A stretch of 64,000 nt of DNA from Candidatus Latescibacterota bacterium (GCA_965205485.1 OZ242180.1:4800001-4864000), one strand, 5' to 3'; counted from the first letter of the stretch, positions 48,812-57,940 are shown. Notes: generated by a model not told the origin, from the letters alone. Translations and numbers: made by a program.

Positions 48812-50180
48812 CGCACCTCCTCACGTTCAGTACCAGCTGCCTGAACCGATCGCCACGCTCCGTGAAATTGCGAAAGCGGTCGTAGCTTGCCGATGCCGGA
48901 GAAAACAACACCGTACTGCCCGGCCCCGCACGCCTCGCAGCCGCGGACACCGCGTCTTCCAGGGAGCTGACCCTCAGGATGCGTGTCAGGGACCCGGCCG
49001 GCACCGATGCCGCGATCGCGCCCGCCGTCTGGCCGGTCAGTATGAGATGGGACACCCTTCGCCCGATCTGACGTCCAAGCGCGTCAAATGCCAGACCCTT
49101 GTCGTACCCCCCGGCGATCAACACCACGCCCGGCGGAAGGGCCGAGAGCGCCACCTGTGTCCGATCCGGACTTGTCGCAATGGAGTCGTTATAGTACGTG
49201 ACTTCCCGGATTTCGGCAACCCGTTCCAGTCGATGGGGCACGCCCTTGAATGTACGCAGTACGGCCGCAATGTCCGATTCAGCCACGCCATTGGAAAGCG
49301 CCGCCGCGCTGGCGGCCAGCGCGTTTGACAGGTTGTGCCTGCCCGGAAGCGCCACCGCGCCGGCCGGACAGACGGTTCTTTCGGAACGGCCGATCCGGTG
49401 TCGTATCTCGCCATCGACCAGGTAGACGTCGGACCCCGATGCCGTCTGCGCGCTGAATACGATGCGGCGCCCGTCACCGGACCACCGCCGCACTTCAGGG
49501 TCGTCTCCATTCAATACCGCGACTTCCCGTACATCCTGATGCGCGACGATCTGCCGTTTCGCCCGCTTGTAGGCCTCCAGCGAGCCATGTATATCCAGGT
49601 GATTGGGGGCAAAATTCGTAATTACGGCGGTCTGCGGGCTCCATTTCATTTCAGTCAGCCGATCCAGCTGAAAGCTGGAGAGTTCGAGGACGACGCGAGT
49701 GTCTGCCGTGATTTCATCGAGTTCATCCAGTAACGAACCGCCGATATTTCCGCCCACCATCGTCCGTGGGTACCTGCGCCGCATCATCTCCCCGACCAGC
49801 GACGTGGTCGTCGTCTTTCCACTGCTGCCCGTGATTCCCACGACCGGCGCCTTGCAACGCTCCGCAAACAGGCATATCTCCGTTGTTACGGGGATTCCCC
49901 TTTTACCGGCGACATTCAGGAACGGGGAAGACCGGGGGACCCCCGGGTTCGCCACGATCAGGTCCACCGCCCGGAAATCCGCCGCCTCGTGTCCGCCCAG
50001 CCTGTAGACGACCGGCAGCGTATCGAGTGCCTTCAGCGACTCCCGGAGCGCCTCCGCGGGCCGCAGATCGGTAACGGTCACCCGTGCGCCCTCTTTGCAC
50101 AGAAACCGAACCGCACCCACGCCCCCGCCGAACAGGCCAAGGCCCATCACGAGTACCCGCCGCCCGTCCAGCGGCATCAT
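48804..50180 (-). CDS. murD: UDP-N-acetylmuramoyl-L-alanine--D-glutamate ligase
   Basis: VMGLG, NPGVP, GITGSSGKTTT, GGNIG, LELSSFQL, NHLD.H, HRLE, NDSIAT, GGYDKG, SPASASYD.F.NF.ERG. Confidence 0.93.
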   Translation of the reverse strand: MMPLDGRRVLVMGLGLFGGGVGAVRFLCKEGARVTVTDLRPAEALRESLKALDTLPVVYRLGGHEAADFRAVDLIVANPGVPRSSPFLNVAGKRGIPVTTEICLFAERCKAPVVGITGSSGKTTTTSLVGEMMRRRYPRTMVGGNIGGSLLDELDEITADTRVVLELSSFQLDRLTEMKWSPQTAVITNFAPNHLDIHGSLEAYKRAKRQIVAHQDVREVAVLNGDDPEVRRWSGDGRRIVFSAQTASGSDVYLVDGEIRHRIGRSERTVCPAGAVALPGRHNLSNALAASAAALSNGVAESDIAAVLRTFKGVPHRLERVAEIREVTYYNDSIATSPDRTQVALSALPPGVVLIAGGYDKGLAFDALGRQIGRRVSHLILTGQTAGAIAASVPAGSLTRILRVSSLEDAVSAAARRAGPGSTVLFSPASASYDRFRNFTERGDRFRQLVLNVRRCDG

Positions 50181-50803
50181 GGATCGCTTTCCTCATGCGT
50201 TGAAATCTTTCCACGGGACTCCAGCAACTCCAAGATCTGTTGCGCCGCGTCCCCGGGCGAACATTCGGCCGCCTTGATCACCAGTTCCGGATTCTCCGGC
50301 GGCTCGTAAGGATCCGAGATACCCGTAAAGCCGGGAATTTCTCCGGCCCGCGCCTTTTTGTAGAGCCCCTTGGGGTCCCGTTCCTCGCAGACCTCAAGGG
50401 GTGTGTCGACGAAGACCTCCAGAAATTCCCCTGGATCCAGCATCCCTCGAACGCCGTCCCGGTCGATCCTGTACGGACTCACAAAGCTGCTGATGGCAAG
50501 GATCCCCGCATCAACGAACAGCTTCCCCACCTCGCCGATACGGCGGATGTTTTCCGCCCTGTCTGCAGCCGAGAAACCCAGATTCCTGTTCAGACCATGC
50601 CTGATATTGTCTCCGTCCAGAACATAGGTCAGCCGGCCCCGCGCGGCCAGCGCGTGCTCTGCCGTAAACGCAATGGTACTCTTACCGGAGGACGGCAGGC
50701 CTGTCAGCCACACCAGGCACCCCGCCTGCGCCAACAGGCTCTCCCGTTCCGCTCGACTCACGTGTCCTTCGTGCCATACAATATTCGTCGCTTTCGCTTC
50801 CAC
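50177..50803 (-). CDS. cysC: Adenylyl-sulfate kinase
   Basis: WLTGLPSSGKST, LDGDNIRHGL, DRAENIRR, RDPKGLYKKAR, FTGISDPYE. Confidence 0.96.
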   Translation of the reverse strand: MEAKATNIVWHEGHVSRAERESLLAQAGCLVWLTGLPSSGKSTIAFTAEHALAARGRLTYVLDGDNIRHGLNRNLGFSAADRAENIRRIGEVGKLFVDAGILAISSFVSPYRIDRDGVRGMLDPGEFLEVFVDTPLEVCEERDPKGLYKKARAGEIPGFTGISDPYEPPENPELVIKAAECSPGDAAQQILELLESRGKISTHEESDP

Positions 50804-50912
50804 CGTGAACCGCCTCCCTGTCAGGTGATCTTCAACTCAATCCTGCCATCCGTGCCGCCACGCAATTCGACGGGTGAGCCCGGCCCCACGGGAAGCCGGG
50901 AAGACACGTCGT

Positions 50913-51824
50913 TCATCCATCCGACAACGACGCGCTGTAGACCGGAATCAGCTCGACAGGCCGGAATTTTCGCTTATGCTGGCGCAATCCCTGCAGCCCC
51001 AGGTCACCCGCGTCGTTGACGAGATCGAAATCCGCCAGCACCCGGTAGACCTCCGTTCGCAGATATTCCGACAGCCCCCGGACATCGGGGTCCGCTTTGG
51101 CGATAAAGAAATTGGCCATCCGGGCGTGCATTCGGCCGGCAATCGCAAAGGCCGCAACCCGGCCCTCGAGCTCCACGCACCAGCCCTGGAGCTCCTCGGA
51201 AGTCCATTGCCCGTACATCGACAGCGCCGACCGGGTATATCCCCAGTCGAGTAGAAAGTCCCGCTTGCGCCCCTGCCGCTTCCGCCAGTGCCGCAACAGC
51301 GCCTGGCAGCCTGTGATATCGGCGGGCGTCAGTTCCCGGAAGCGCGGATCCGCCTCTCTTCGGAATCGACTCAGTTTCTTTCGAAGGTCCCGATACGGCC
51401 GGCCCGCTGCCGAAGCGACCTTCGACGGATCGTACAGGTACTCCCGCGACTTGATCCGAACGTCCAGCCTGTCCGGCGGCAGACGCCGGCTGTCGGCCTC
51501 GTCCACCCACAAAATGCGCGGGTACCGGCCCGCATTGATTGCACGCATCCGGTTCAGAACGGCGACGAGCGGTTCTGCAGACAGCGGAATCGGAGGCACG
51601 ACCAGATCGAACCGGACGCGGCCGCTTCTGTCAACGCGGCGCACTGGAAGCCAGAGCGCGCCATCGTGTTCGGCAACGAACACTTCCCTCGCCGGAGCCA
51701 GGCTGAAACAACAGAGAAACGGGGCGTAGTAACACCACGCGCTCTTCCCGGTTGATGCGAATATTTCCTGCAGCCGGCGCGTATGACGGGGGAGAATGGG
51801 CTCTGCTTCGAACGGCAGATTCAT
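50913..51824 (-). CDS. DUF2156 / phosphatidylglycerol lysyltransferase C-terminal (tandem GNAT) domain protein
   Basis: EYLYD, KAD..V.GL, C-terminal NDAGDLGLQGLRQHK..FRP. Confidence 0.72.
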   Translation of the reverse strand: MNLPFEAEPILPRHTRRLQEIFASTGKSAWCYYAPFLCCFSLAPAREVFVAEHDGALWLPVRRVDRSGRVRFDLVVPPIPLSAEPLVAVLNRMRAINAGRYPRILWVDEADSRRLPPDRLDVRIKSREYLYDPSKVASAAGRPYRDLRKKLSRFRREADPRFRELTPADITGCQALLRHWRKRQGRKRDFLLDWGYTRSALSMYGQWTSEELQGWCVELEGRVAAFAIAGRMHARMANFFIAKADPDVRGLSEYLRTEVYRVLADFDLVNDAGDLGLQGLRQHKRKFRPVELIPVYSASLSDG

Positions 51825-52870
51825 CCCTTCTTCCGTGACCTGTCGGCCGTATAGAGCGAACCCGCGTAGAAGCCATTGACACGGGGTGTCAACCGGTCCG
51901 TCGCAACCGTTCGAATGAGGTGGCTGACACCAGCCAGCATCTGGGCGCCGGCGTACCGATTGAAATCCGGGACAATCTCGACCGGCGCCAGCCCGGTGTC
52001 CGTGATCGTTCCCACGGCGGTCGCCGTCTCGTCTGGCCTGCGGCTTCCGAAACAGATTACGCCCTGTTTGCCCACCTCCGGCCGAAGCCCGGAGGCGCCG
52101 CGTGAAACGAATAGTGACAGGCCGGGAAGCGTGTACGGCGGATCGGTGAAGAACAGGTCGAAACCGCCGAGGAGGTTGCCGGGCAGGTCCGCCCTCAAGT
52201 CGTGTTCGACGGCCTCGACCGCCTGTCCTGTTTCTCGTGACGCGGCGTTCAGAAAGGCCACCAGGCGCGGGTCGCACTCCAGCACCACCACCCTGCGCAC
52301 TGAAATCCCGAGAAAGTCGGCCAGAAGGCCGATGGCCAGAGAGGTGAGGTCGTCGTCTCCCAGTATCAGGACATCCCGCCCCTCCAGCCCGTCGTGTTCG
52401 TACAGAAATATAGCGCGCCGCAACGCGGTTTCCGCCGTCGCATGGGACTGATCCAACCGCACGTCAACAGCCGGCCGCCGCTGCCCCAATGCCTCCATCC
52501 GGGCGTGCAACGGACGCATCTCGTCGTCCAGCACGGGGAAAACCGGTCTTTGAAACCGGCGGCGACAACGCAGACCCAGTTGTTCTTCGACCGAATCCCG
52601 GCCGGTCGAAGACAGGACCACACCCCCTCGCCGCTCCAGCCAGCCCCTGGTTTCCAACTCCCCCCGGACCGCCGCCACAATCGGAACCGGCAGACCCGTC
52701 TCCCGCGACAGGTCCCGTACCGGCATCGTGCCCGCGCGATAGATCGCCCGCAGGACACGACGGACCCCTTCCGGACCCTCGTCGAGCCGCGCATCGGCCG
52801 CAACATCCGCGAGTACGTTTCCCGATTGCCGGATGTTAATTCTGTTCGGTTTCCGTCTCCGGCGACTCAC
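51821..52870 (-). CDS. bpsA: BpsA-like (N4-bis(aminopropyl)spermidine synthase, DUF43) aminopropyltransferase with N-terminal HTH-like extension
   Basis: RP.....LDQ..AT.ET..RR, ILGDDDLTSLA, HDLR..LP, FD.FFTDPPYT..G..LFVSRG. Confidence 0.78.
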   Translation of the reverse strand: MSRRRRKPNRINIRQSGNVLADVAADARLDEGPEGVRRVLRAIYRAGTMPVRDLSRETGLPVPIVAAVRGELETRGWLERRGGVVLSSTGRDSVEEQLGLRCRRRFQRPVFPVLDDEMRPLHARMEALGQRRPAVDVRLDQSHATAETALRRAIFLYEHDGLEGRDVLILGDDDLTSLAIGLLADFLGISVRRVVVLECDPRLVAFLNAASRETGQAVEAVEHDLRADLPGNLLGGFDLFFTDPPYTLPGLSLFVSRGASGLRPEVGKQGVICFGSRRPDETATAVGTITDTGLAPVEIVPDFNRYAGAQMLAGVSHLIRTVATDRLTPRVNGFYAGSLYTADRSRKKG

Positions 52871-54029
52871 CGTCTCCGCTCTCCGATTCCGCGGACGCGT
52901 CGTTATCCGTCTCGTCGACGCTGTCTTCCGTCGCTTCCGCTTCCTCAGGCTGCTCCTCGTCGTCCTCCGCCTCGTCGTCTTCCCATTCCAACAGATTCTC
53001 GTCGTCCTTCCGCTTCCGGAGAATCACGTAAATCAGGCTGAGGCCGGAAGCATAGGCGGACAACACGTATGAACTGAAGATAACCGCGAGCAGGATCAGC
53101 ATAACGGCGAGAATTCCCCCGGCCAGCAGTTCGGAGCCGGAGGGGATGCCGGCGGCCGGCAGAAACGCCGTAATGTCCAGGGACAGCCATTCGGAACGGG
53201 TAAAGTCAAACGGGACATACTGTCCCGCCACATAGACCATGTTGGCCAGCTTCTCTTTCATGAACAGGCCGCAGGCCCAGCTCACCAAGCCGAGCGAGGA
53301 GGCCATGAAGATTCCCAGAAGGACCGATCCGACAGACACTGAGATCTTCATCCAGACCATATACAACACCAGCCGCCAGGGTTGGCTCCAGGCCAACGAA
53401 AAGGACTGGATGGCCACCTCGAGCGCGTCTTCGCCGACCGTACCCACGACCGCGGGCGACATCGTCAGGGACACGATGAACGCGATCGATATGAAGATGG
53501 CAACCAGCGCGGCAAAGAAGATTGGTATGAAAAACACCCCGAATGCCAATTCGCCGGCCCATGGAATCAGACCCGCCAGCCATCCGATCACGATGCCAGC
53601 GACGACAAAAAAGACCAGCAGCGCCAGTGTGGCCACCGGGCCCCAGACAACGCCGCCCCAGTTCTGTCTGATGAATCCCAATGCGTCGCCCGAAGAATAA
53701 AAGTCGTCTCCTTTCAATTGCTGGTACGTAATCTTGCAGATCATGCACGTTGTCAAAAGGACCACTACCCAGACGTAAAGCATGGCAAGCACGTCTATCG
53801 CCGTGCCCGCCAGTGTGACCGGAGATGGCGCCGGACCGGGAAAGGGCCCATACCTGTGCCAGATCTCACCCATCGTGGCACCGGCCAGAAGGTGGTCCGC
53901 GATGGCCAGGATGGAATATCCAGCCCAGGCGATCAGCGTGCCGCACAACCCGACCCATATCTTTTTGCCGGACCATCCGAGCCGAACCACCTGAAAGATG
54001 TCCCGTATATCAAAATGCAGCTTGGACAT
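52836..54029 (-). CDS. Hypothetical multi-pass membrane protein with acidic C-terminal tail
   Basis: About 6-7 hydrophobic segments; terminal ~50 aa D/E-rich; AAGGAGGG RBS. Confidence 0.8.
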   Translation of the reverse strand: MSKLHFDIRDIFQVVRLGWSGKKIWVGLCGTLIAWAGYSILAIADHLLAGATMGEIWHRYGPFPGPAPSPVTLAGTAIDVLAMLYVWVVVLLTTCMICKITYQQLKGDDFYSSGDALGFIRQNWGGVVWGPVATLALLVFFVVAGIVIGWLAGLIPWAGELAFGVFFIPIFFAALVAIFISIAFIVSLTMSPAVVGTVGEDALEVAIQSFSLAWSQPWRLVLYMVWMKISVSVGSVLLGIFMASSLGLVSWACGLFMKEKLANMVYVAGQYVPFDFTRSEWLSLDITAFLPAAGIPSGSELLAGGILAVMLILLAVIFSSYVLSAYASGLSLIYVILRKRKDDENLLEWEDDEAEDDEEQPEEAEATEDSVDETDNDASAESESGDGESPETETEQN

Positions 54030-54198
54030 TACACGCCCTCCTTACCGTTCGAGGCCAATAAAAAGAGGGCATAACGCCGCCCTCGAAGCATGCCGAATGT
54101 GCCAAAGTCACTTAAATTCATAACCTTACACGCGCAATAGCGGGCCCATAAACCGCGCCGATATGATGCAAAAATGCAGGACCAAAGTCAAGGGAAAT

Positions 54199-54243
54199 AA
54201 AAAAGGACCCAATGGTGAAACAAAGGACTCTTCCACTGGATCC
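54199..54243 (-). terminator. Rho-independent terminator ending the murA-cca-hypothetical run
   Basis: Minus strand GGATCCAGTGG-N17-CCATTGGGTCC-TTTTTT (11 bp including G-U). Confidence 0.65.
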
Positions 54244-54347
54244 CGTGTGGGCCGCTGCCGCGTAAACCGCTGCCTGATCATCCGGTTTTCGCTCTCATGA
54301 ACCGGGTTGGCGGCCCGTGAACCCGCTGCGGCGTGCAGGCGGACAAA

Positions 54348-54533
54348 GAAGCTGTCTTAAAATTCCCAGCGGTCTTCGCGCGGCTGCAAAAGCGCCGGTC
54401 GGCGTTGGTCAAACCCGCCCGTCGTACGAGATCGAGGCTGCGCTTGCTCGCCTCTCATAGCCGGATTTTCCTGCCTTGACCGCCACTTTTTCGCTCGCGC
54501 TCGGGAACTCACCGGTAAATTTAAAACAGCTTC
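54348..54533 (-). mobile_element. MITE family 1, copy D (186 bp, different central cassette)
   Basis: GAAGCTGTCTTAAAATT ... AAATTTAAAACAGCTTC; flanks AAA/TAA; its end completes the TAG stop of the adjacent gene. Confidence 0.85.
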
Positions 54534-55108
54534 TAACGTTCGTCGGATGCTTCGGGAATCGTCAGACGGATTTGATGAAGAAACAGCTGGAGTGGCACGT
54601 TGAAAGGCCGGGTGGGCCGGTTCAGTGCCGGCTTGAAGAGCGCACCGGCAGGCAGAGGCGTGGTACCCTGCTGCAGCCTGACCTGTGCGTGGCCATCCTG
54701 CGCTTCGAGTATGCGGTAGCAGCCCTGTCCGAGCCCCAGCGGCCACGGTGATCCATGACGGTCCGGGCCAGTAAGGAACAGGACGACCTCTTCATCGACG
54801 CCGAACTCGGGAATACCGGGGATATGCAGCCTCCGGCCGTCGGCGGTTCCCCCGGGCAGCGTGAGGACGACCTCGTCGCCCGGATCGCCCTTTACCGGCG
54901 AGATTACCCTGAACCGGTGCCGCGTGACGATTTCCCGTCGTCCGTCATCCATATAACTGCTTCGAGACACACACCGGACGTGTGCGATCGTCTCCGCCCT
55001 TTCACAGAGCGAATCGAACACGAACCGTTCTACGGTTGTCGCCTCAGTCCGCGGTACCAGGGCGGTTAGAAGGGTAACCGCAATAACGAATCGAATCGGA
55101 CCTGACAT
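54533..55108 (-). CDS. Hypothetical secreted protein
   Basis: Signal peptide, then ATTVER..F.SL..RAE.I, LPGG, IPG.PEF..DEEVVLFL, GLGQG. Confidence 0.7.
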   Translation of the reverse strand: MSGPIRFVIAVTLLTALVPRTEATTVERFVFDSLCERAETIAHVRCVSRSSYMDDGRREIVTRHRFRVISPVKGDPGDEVVLTLPGGTADGRRLHIPGIPEFGVDEEVVLFLTGPDRHGSPWPLGLGQGCYRILEAQDGHAQVRLQQGTTPLPAGALFKPALNRPTRPFNVPLQLFLHQIRLTIPEASDER

Positions 55109-55222
55109 CGGAAACCCTTTGGGAAACATGGTTGAATCGGGTATGGCGGGGGTTCTCTCTATCTGGAAACGCCCCTGCCCGGTCAAGGTTCCGGACGCGT
55201 CGTCCGGCGCCGGGACGGAACC

Positions 55223-56575
55223 CTACGCGGCGCCGTTTTCGGCCAGAACGTTACGACCCGGCTCCGCGCCCCGTTCAAACACCCCTCGAGCGACGAGCAG
55301 CGCACTTTCCCTGTCCCTGACGCTGCCGTCGAGCTGGCCGTCTTCCACCGCCCTCAGGACGGCCGTGAACGCCGGCCCCGGCGTATACCCGAGCTCGATA
55401 AGGTCCCTGCCGGTAATCAACGGTTCCGGGCGTATCTCCTCGGGCTCCAGTGTTTCCAGAGCCTGGCGGCAGAAATGGTAATTTTCAAGATTCCGGTGGC
55501 TGGACAGACAATCCAACCTGTGCAGTTCCAGGTGTTCGTCGAATCGATCCAGGCGCAGGAACCGCTTCAACCTGCTCGCGCGCATCTGCCGAACGTGCAT
55601 GAATCGGTGATGGTCCGCCACCAGCCGTAGGATGTGACGGGTCGCCTCGCCGGAAAACCGCAGCCTGCGGCAGATCTCGTCCGTTATCCGTGCCCCCACG
55701 GCGACGTGATTGTCGAACCGGATTCGGTCGGCCGGCCTGAACGTCCTCGGTTTCCCCACGTCGTGCAACAGCACGGCCACGGCCAGCTCCGGCGTCGGGT
55801 TGCGCATCAGCCCCAGCATGATCAACGTGTGGGTCAACACGTCGCCTTCGGGATGATACTCAGGCGGCTGCGCCACGCCATCGAGTTCCAGTACCTCCGG
55901 CGCCACCTGATTCATCAGCCCCGAATCAATGAGCCATCGTACCCCGAGCGGCGCGCCTCCTTCAGTCAGAATTCTTACGAATTCGTCCCGGATCCGCTCG
56001 CCGCTGACCTCCGCGAGATTTTCGCTCGAACGCCTTATCGCGTCAAACGTGGTTGCATCGATCCGCCAGTGCAAACGGCAGCCGAGCCGGACCGCTCTCA
56101 TCATCCGCAGACGATCTTCCGCAAACCGGTCCCCGGCGGGACCGATGGTCCGGATCGTCTTCCGCTTGAGGTCCTCCTGTCCTCCCACGTAGTCCAGCAA
56201 ACGGTCCGCCAGGGGGTCCCAGAACATCCCGTTCACCGTGAAGTCCCGACGCCGGGCATCCTCGGTCTCGCCGGCGAATTCGACCGCGTCCGGACGCCGG
56301 CCGTCGCTGTAACCCAGGTCACGCCGAAAACGGGCAACCTCGAAGGAATGCCCAGACAGGCGCACTTCAACCACGCCAAAGTGCGCGCCGACCGGCCGGG
56401 CGTTCTGAAAAATGCCGGTCACCTGCTGGGGATCGGCATCGGTGGCGATGTCGTAGTCCCGCGGCTCCAGCCCCAGTTGGAGATCACGCACGCATCCTCC
56501 GGCAAGCAACGCCCGGAATCCTCGCGCATCGAGCCGACGTACCACCTCAATCGCCGTATCGAGAGCAGAAGCCAT
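55223..56575 (-). CDS. cca: CCA tRNA nucleotidyltransferase with HD domain
   Basis: GGCVRD...DYDIAT, RRDFTVN, EDRLRMMRAVR, HPEGDV..HT, LLHDVGKP. Confidence 0.9.
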   Translation of the reverse strand: MASALDTAIEVVRRLDARGFRALLAGGCVRDLQLGLEPRDYDIATDADPQQVTGIFQNARPVGAHFGVVEVRLSGHSFEVARFRRDLGYSDGRRPDAVEFAGETEDARRRDFTVNGMFWDPLADRLLDYVGGQEDLKRKTIRTIGPAGDRFAEDRLRMMRAVRLGCRLHWRIDATTFDAIRRSSENLAEVSGERIRDEFVRILTEGGAPLGVRWLIDSGLMNQVAPEVLELDGVAQPPEYHPEGDVLTHTLIMLGLMRNPTPELAVAVLLHDVGKPRTFRPADRIRFDNHVAVGARITDEICRRLRFSGEATRHILRLVADHHRFMHVRQMRASRLKRFLRLDRFDEHLELHRLDCLSSHRNLENYHFCRQALETLEPEEIRPEPLITGRDLIELGYTPGPAFTAVLRAVEDGQLDGSVRDRESALLVARGVFERGAEPGRNVLAENGAA

Positions 56576-56580
56576 TGCGT

Positions 56581-57873
56581 TCAGCCCAGACGAACGGGTA
56601 CCCGTTCGATCCGGGCGCCCAGCGTGCGAAGTCGTTCGTCGATGCGATCATAACCGCGATCGATCTGTTCGATGTTCCGGATCTCGCTCCGGCCTTCCGC
56701 GCACAGGCTGGCGATCAACAGCGCCATCCCCGCCCTGATGTCGGGGCTTGTAATCCGCTCCCCGTACAGCTTCGACGGACCCACGACAACGGCCCTGTGC
56801 GGGTCGCAGATGATGATTTCGGCCCCCATTTCGATCAATCGGTCCAGCCAGAAAAGCCGGCTCTCGTACATTTTCTCGAAGAACAGGACGGTTCCCCGCG
56901 CCTGTGTGGCCACAACAATCGCAATGCTCATCAGGTCCGCGGGAAACCCCGGCCACGGATCGTCGAAGATCTTCGGAATCGCGTCTCCGGCGTCCCGGAC
57001 GATCTCCAGCTTCTGATCGTCGGGAACCAGAATGTCATCTCCGTCGACCGTCACCTCCACACCAAGCCGTTCAAAAACCATCAGACTCCTTCGCATATGA
57101 TGCGGCGCCGCGTCTCTGATCCGCATCTCGCCATGGGTAACCGCCGCGAGACCGATGAAGCTTCCCACCTCCATATAGTCAGGACCGATCGCGTGTTCGC
57201 CGCCGTGAAGCGCATTTACGCCTTCCACGGTCAGCTCATTCGTGCCTGCGCCCGAAATCCGCGCGCCCATGGCATTGAGCAGCCGGCACAACTCCTGCAC
57301 GTGCGGTTCAGAGGCCGCATTGCGGATGATGGTTGTGCCTTCCGCCAGGGTGGATGCCATGATGACGTTCTCCGTTCCGGTCACGCTCCGCTCATCCAGG
57401 AAGATGTCCGCGCCGGTCAATCCGTCCGGCGCCCACATTTCATAGCCGTGGCCGGTCTCGATGCGCGCACCCAATGCCTCCAGAGCACGAAGGTGGGTGT
57501 CGAGGCGCCGGCGGCCGATTCTGTCACCGCCCGGCCTGGGCATCGTGGCGCGGCCATGGCGCGCCAGAAGCGGACCCGCGAGCAGGATGCTGCCGCGTAC
57601 CCTCTTGCAGAAATCAGGATTCAGGGCGGTCTTGCTCAGGGACGCCGCGCAGGCGGTCAGTTCATCCCGTCCGGGATGCTGGACCGAAACACCCAGGTCG
57701 CGAAGGATCGCAATCTGGGTGAGCACGTCTCCTATCGGCGGGGCATTTTTCAACACCACCGTTTCGTCCGTCATGAGGGTGGCGGCGAGGAGTGTAAGCG
57801 CCGCGTTCTTGTTACCGAGCGGCTTGATGGTACCGGAGAGCGGATACCCGCCTTCGATCACGAACTGTTCCAT
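56581..57873 (-). CDS. murA: UDP-N-acetylglucosamine 1-carboxyvinyltransferase (Asp-type)
   Basis: [61 protein letters not shown]. Confidence 0.96.
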   Translation of the reverse strand: MEQFVIEGGYPLSGTIKPLGNKNAALTLLAATLMTDETVVLKNAPPIGDVLTQIAILRDLGVSVQHPGRDELTACAASLSKTALNPDFCKRVRGSILLAGPLLARHGRATMPRPGGDRIGRRRLDTHLRALEALGARIETGHGYEMWAPDGLTGADIFLDERSVTGTENVIMASTLAEGTTIIRNAASEPHVQELCRLLNAMGARISGAGTNELTVEGVNALHGGEHAIGPDYMEVGSFIGLAAVTHGEMRIRDAAPHHMRRSLMVFERLGVEVTVDGDDILVPDDQKLEIVRDAGDAIPKIFDDPWPGFPADLMSIAIVVATQARGTVLFFEKMYESRLFWLDRLIEMGAEIIICDPHRAVVVGPSKLYGERITSPDIRAGMALLIASLCAEGRSEIRNIEQIDRGYDRIDERLRTLGARIERVPVRLG

Positions 57874-57940
57874 AGAGACCCACGTCCCGATGCGCCTCGG
57901 TCCGGTGAAACCAGATTCTGCGTCTTTCGCGGTAAGTTAC

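Noticed and set aside
54244..54345. GC-rich hairpins between the terminator and MITE copy D as a possible riboswitch or ncRNA
   Set aside because: No motif I recognise; pairing is expected at this GC content; would need cmscan
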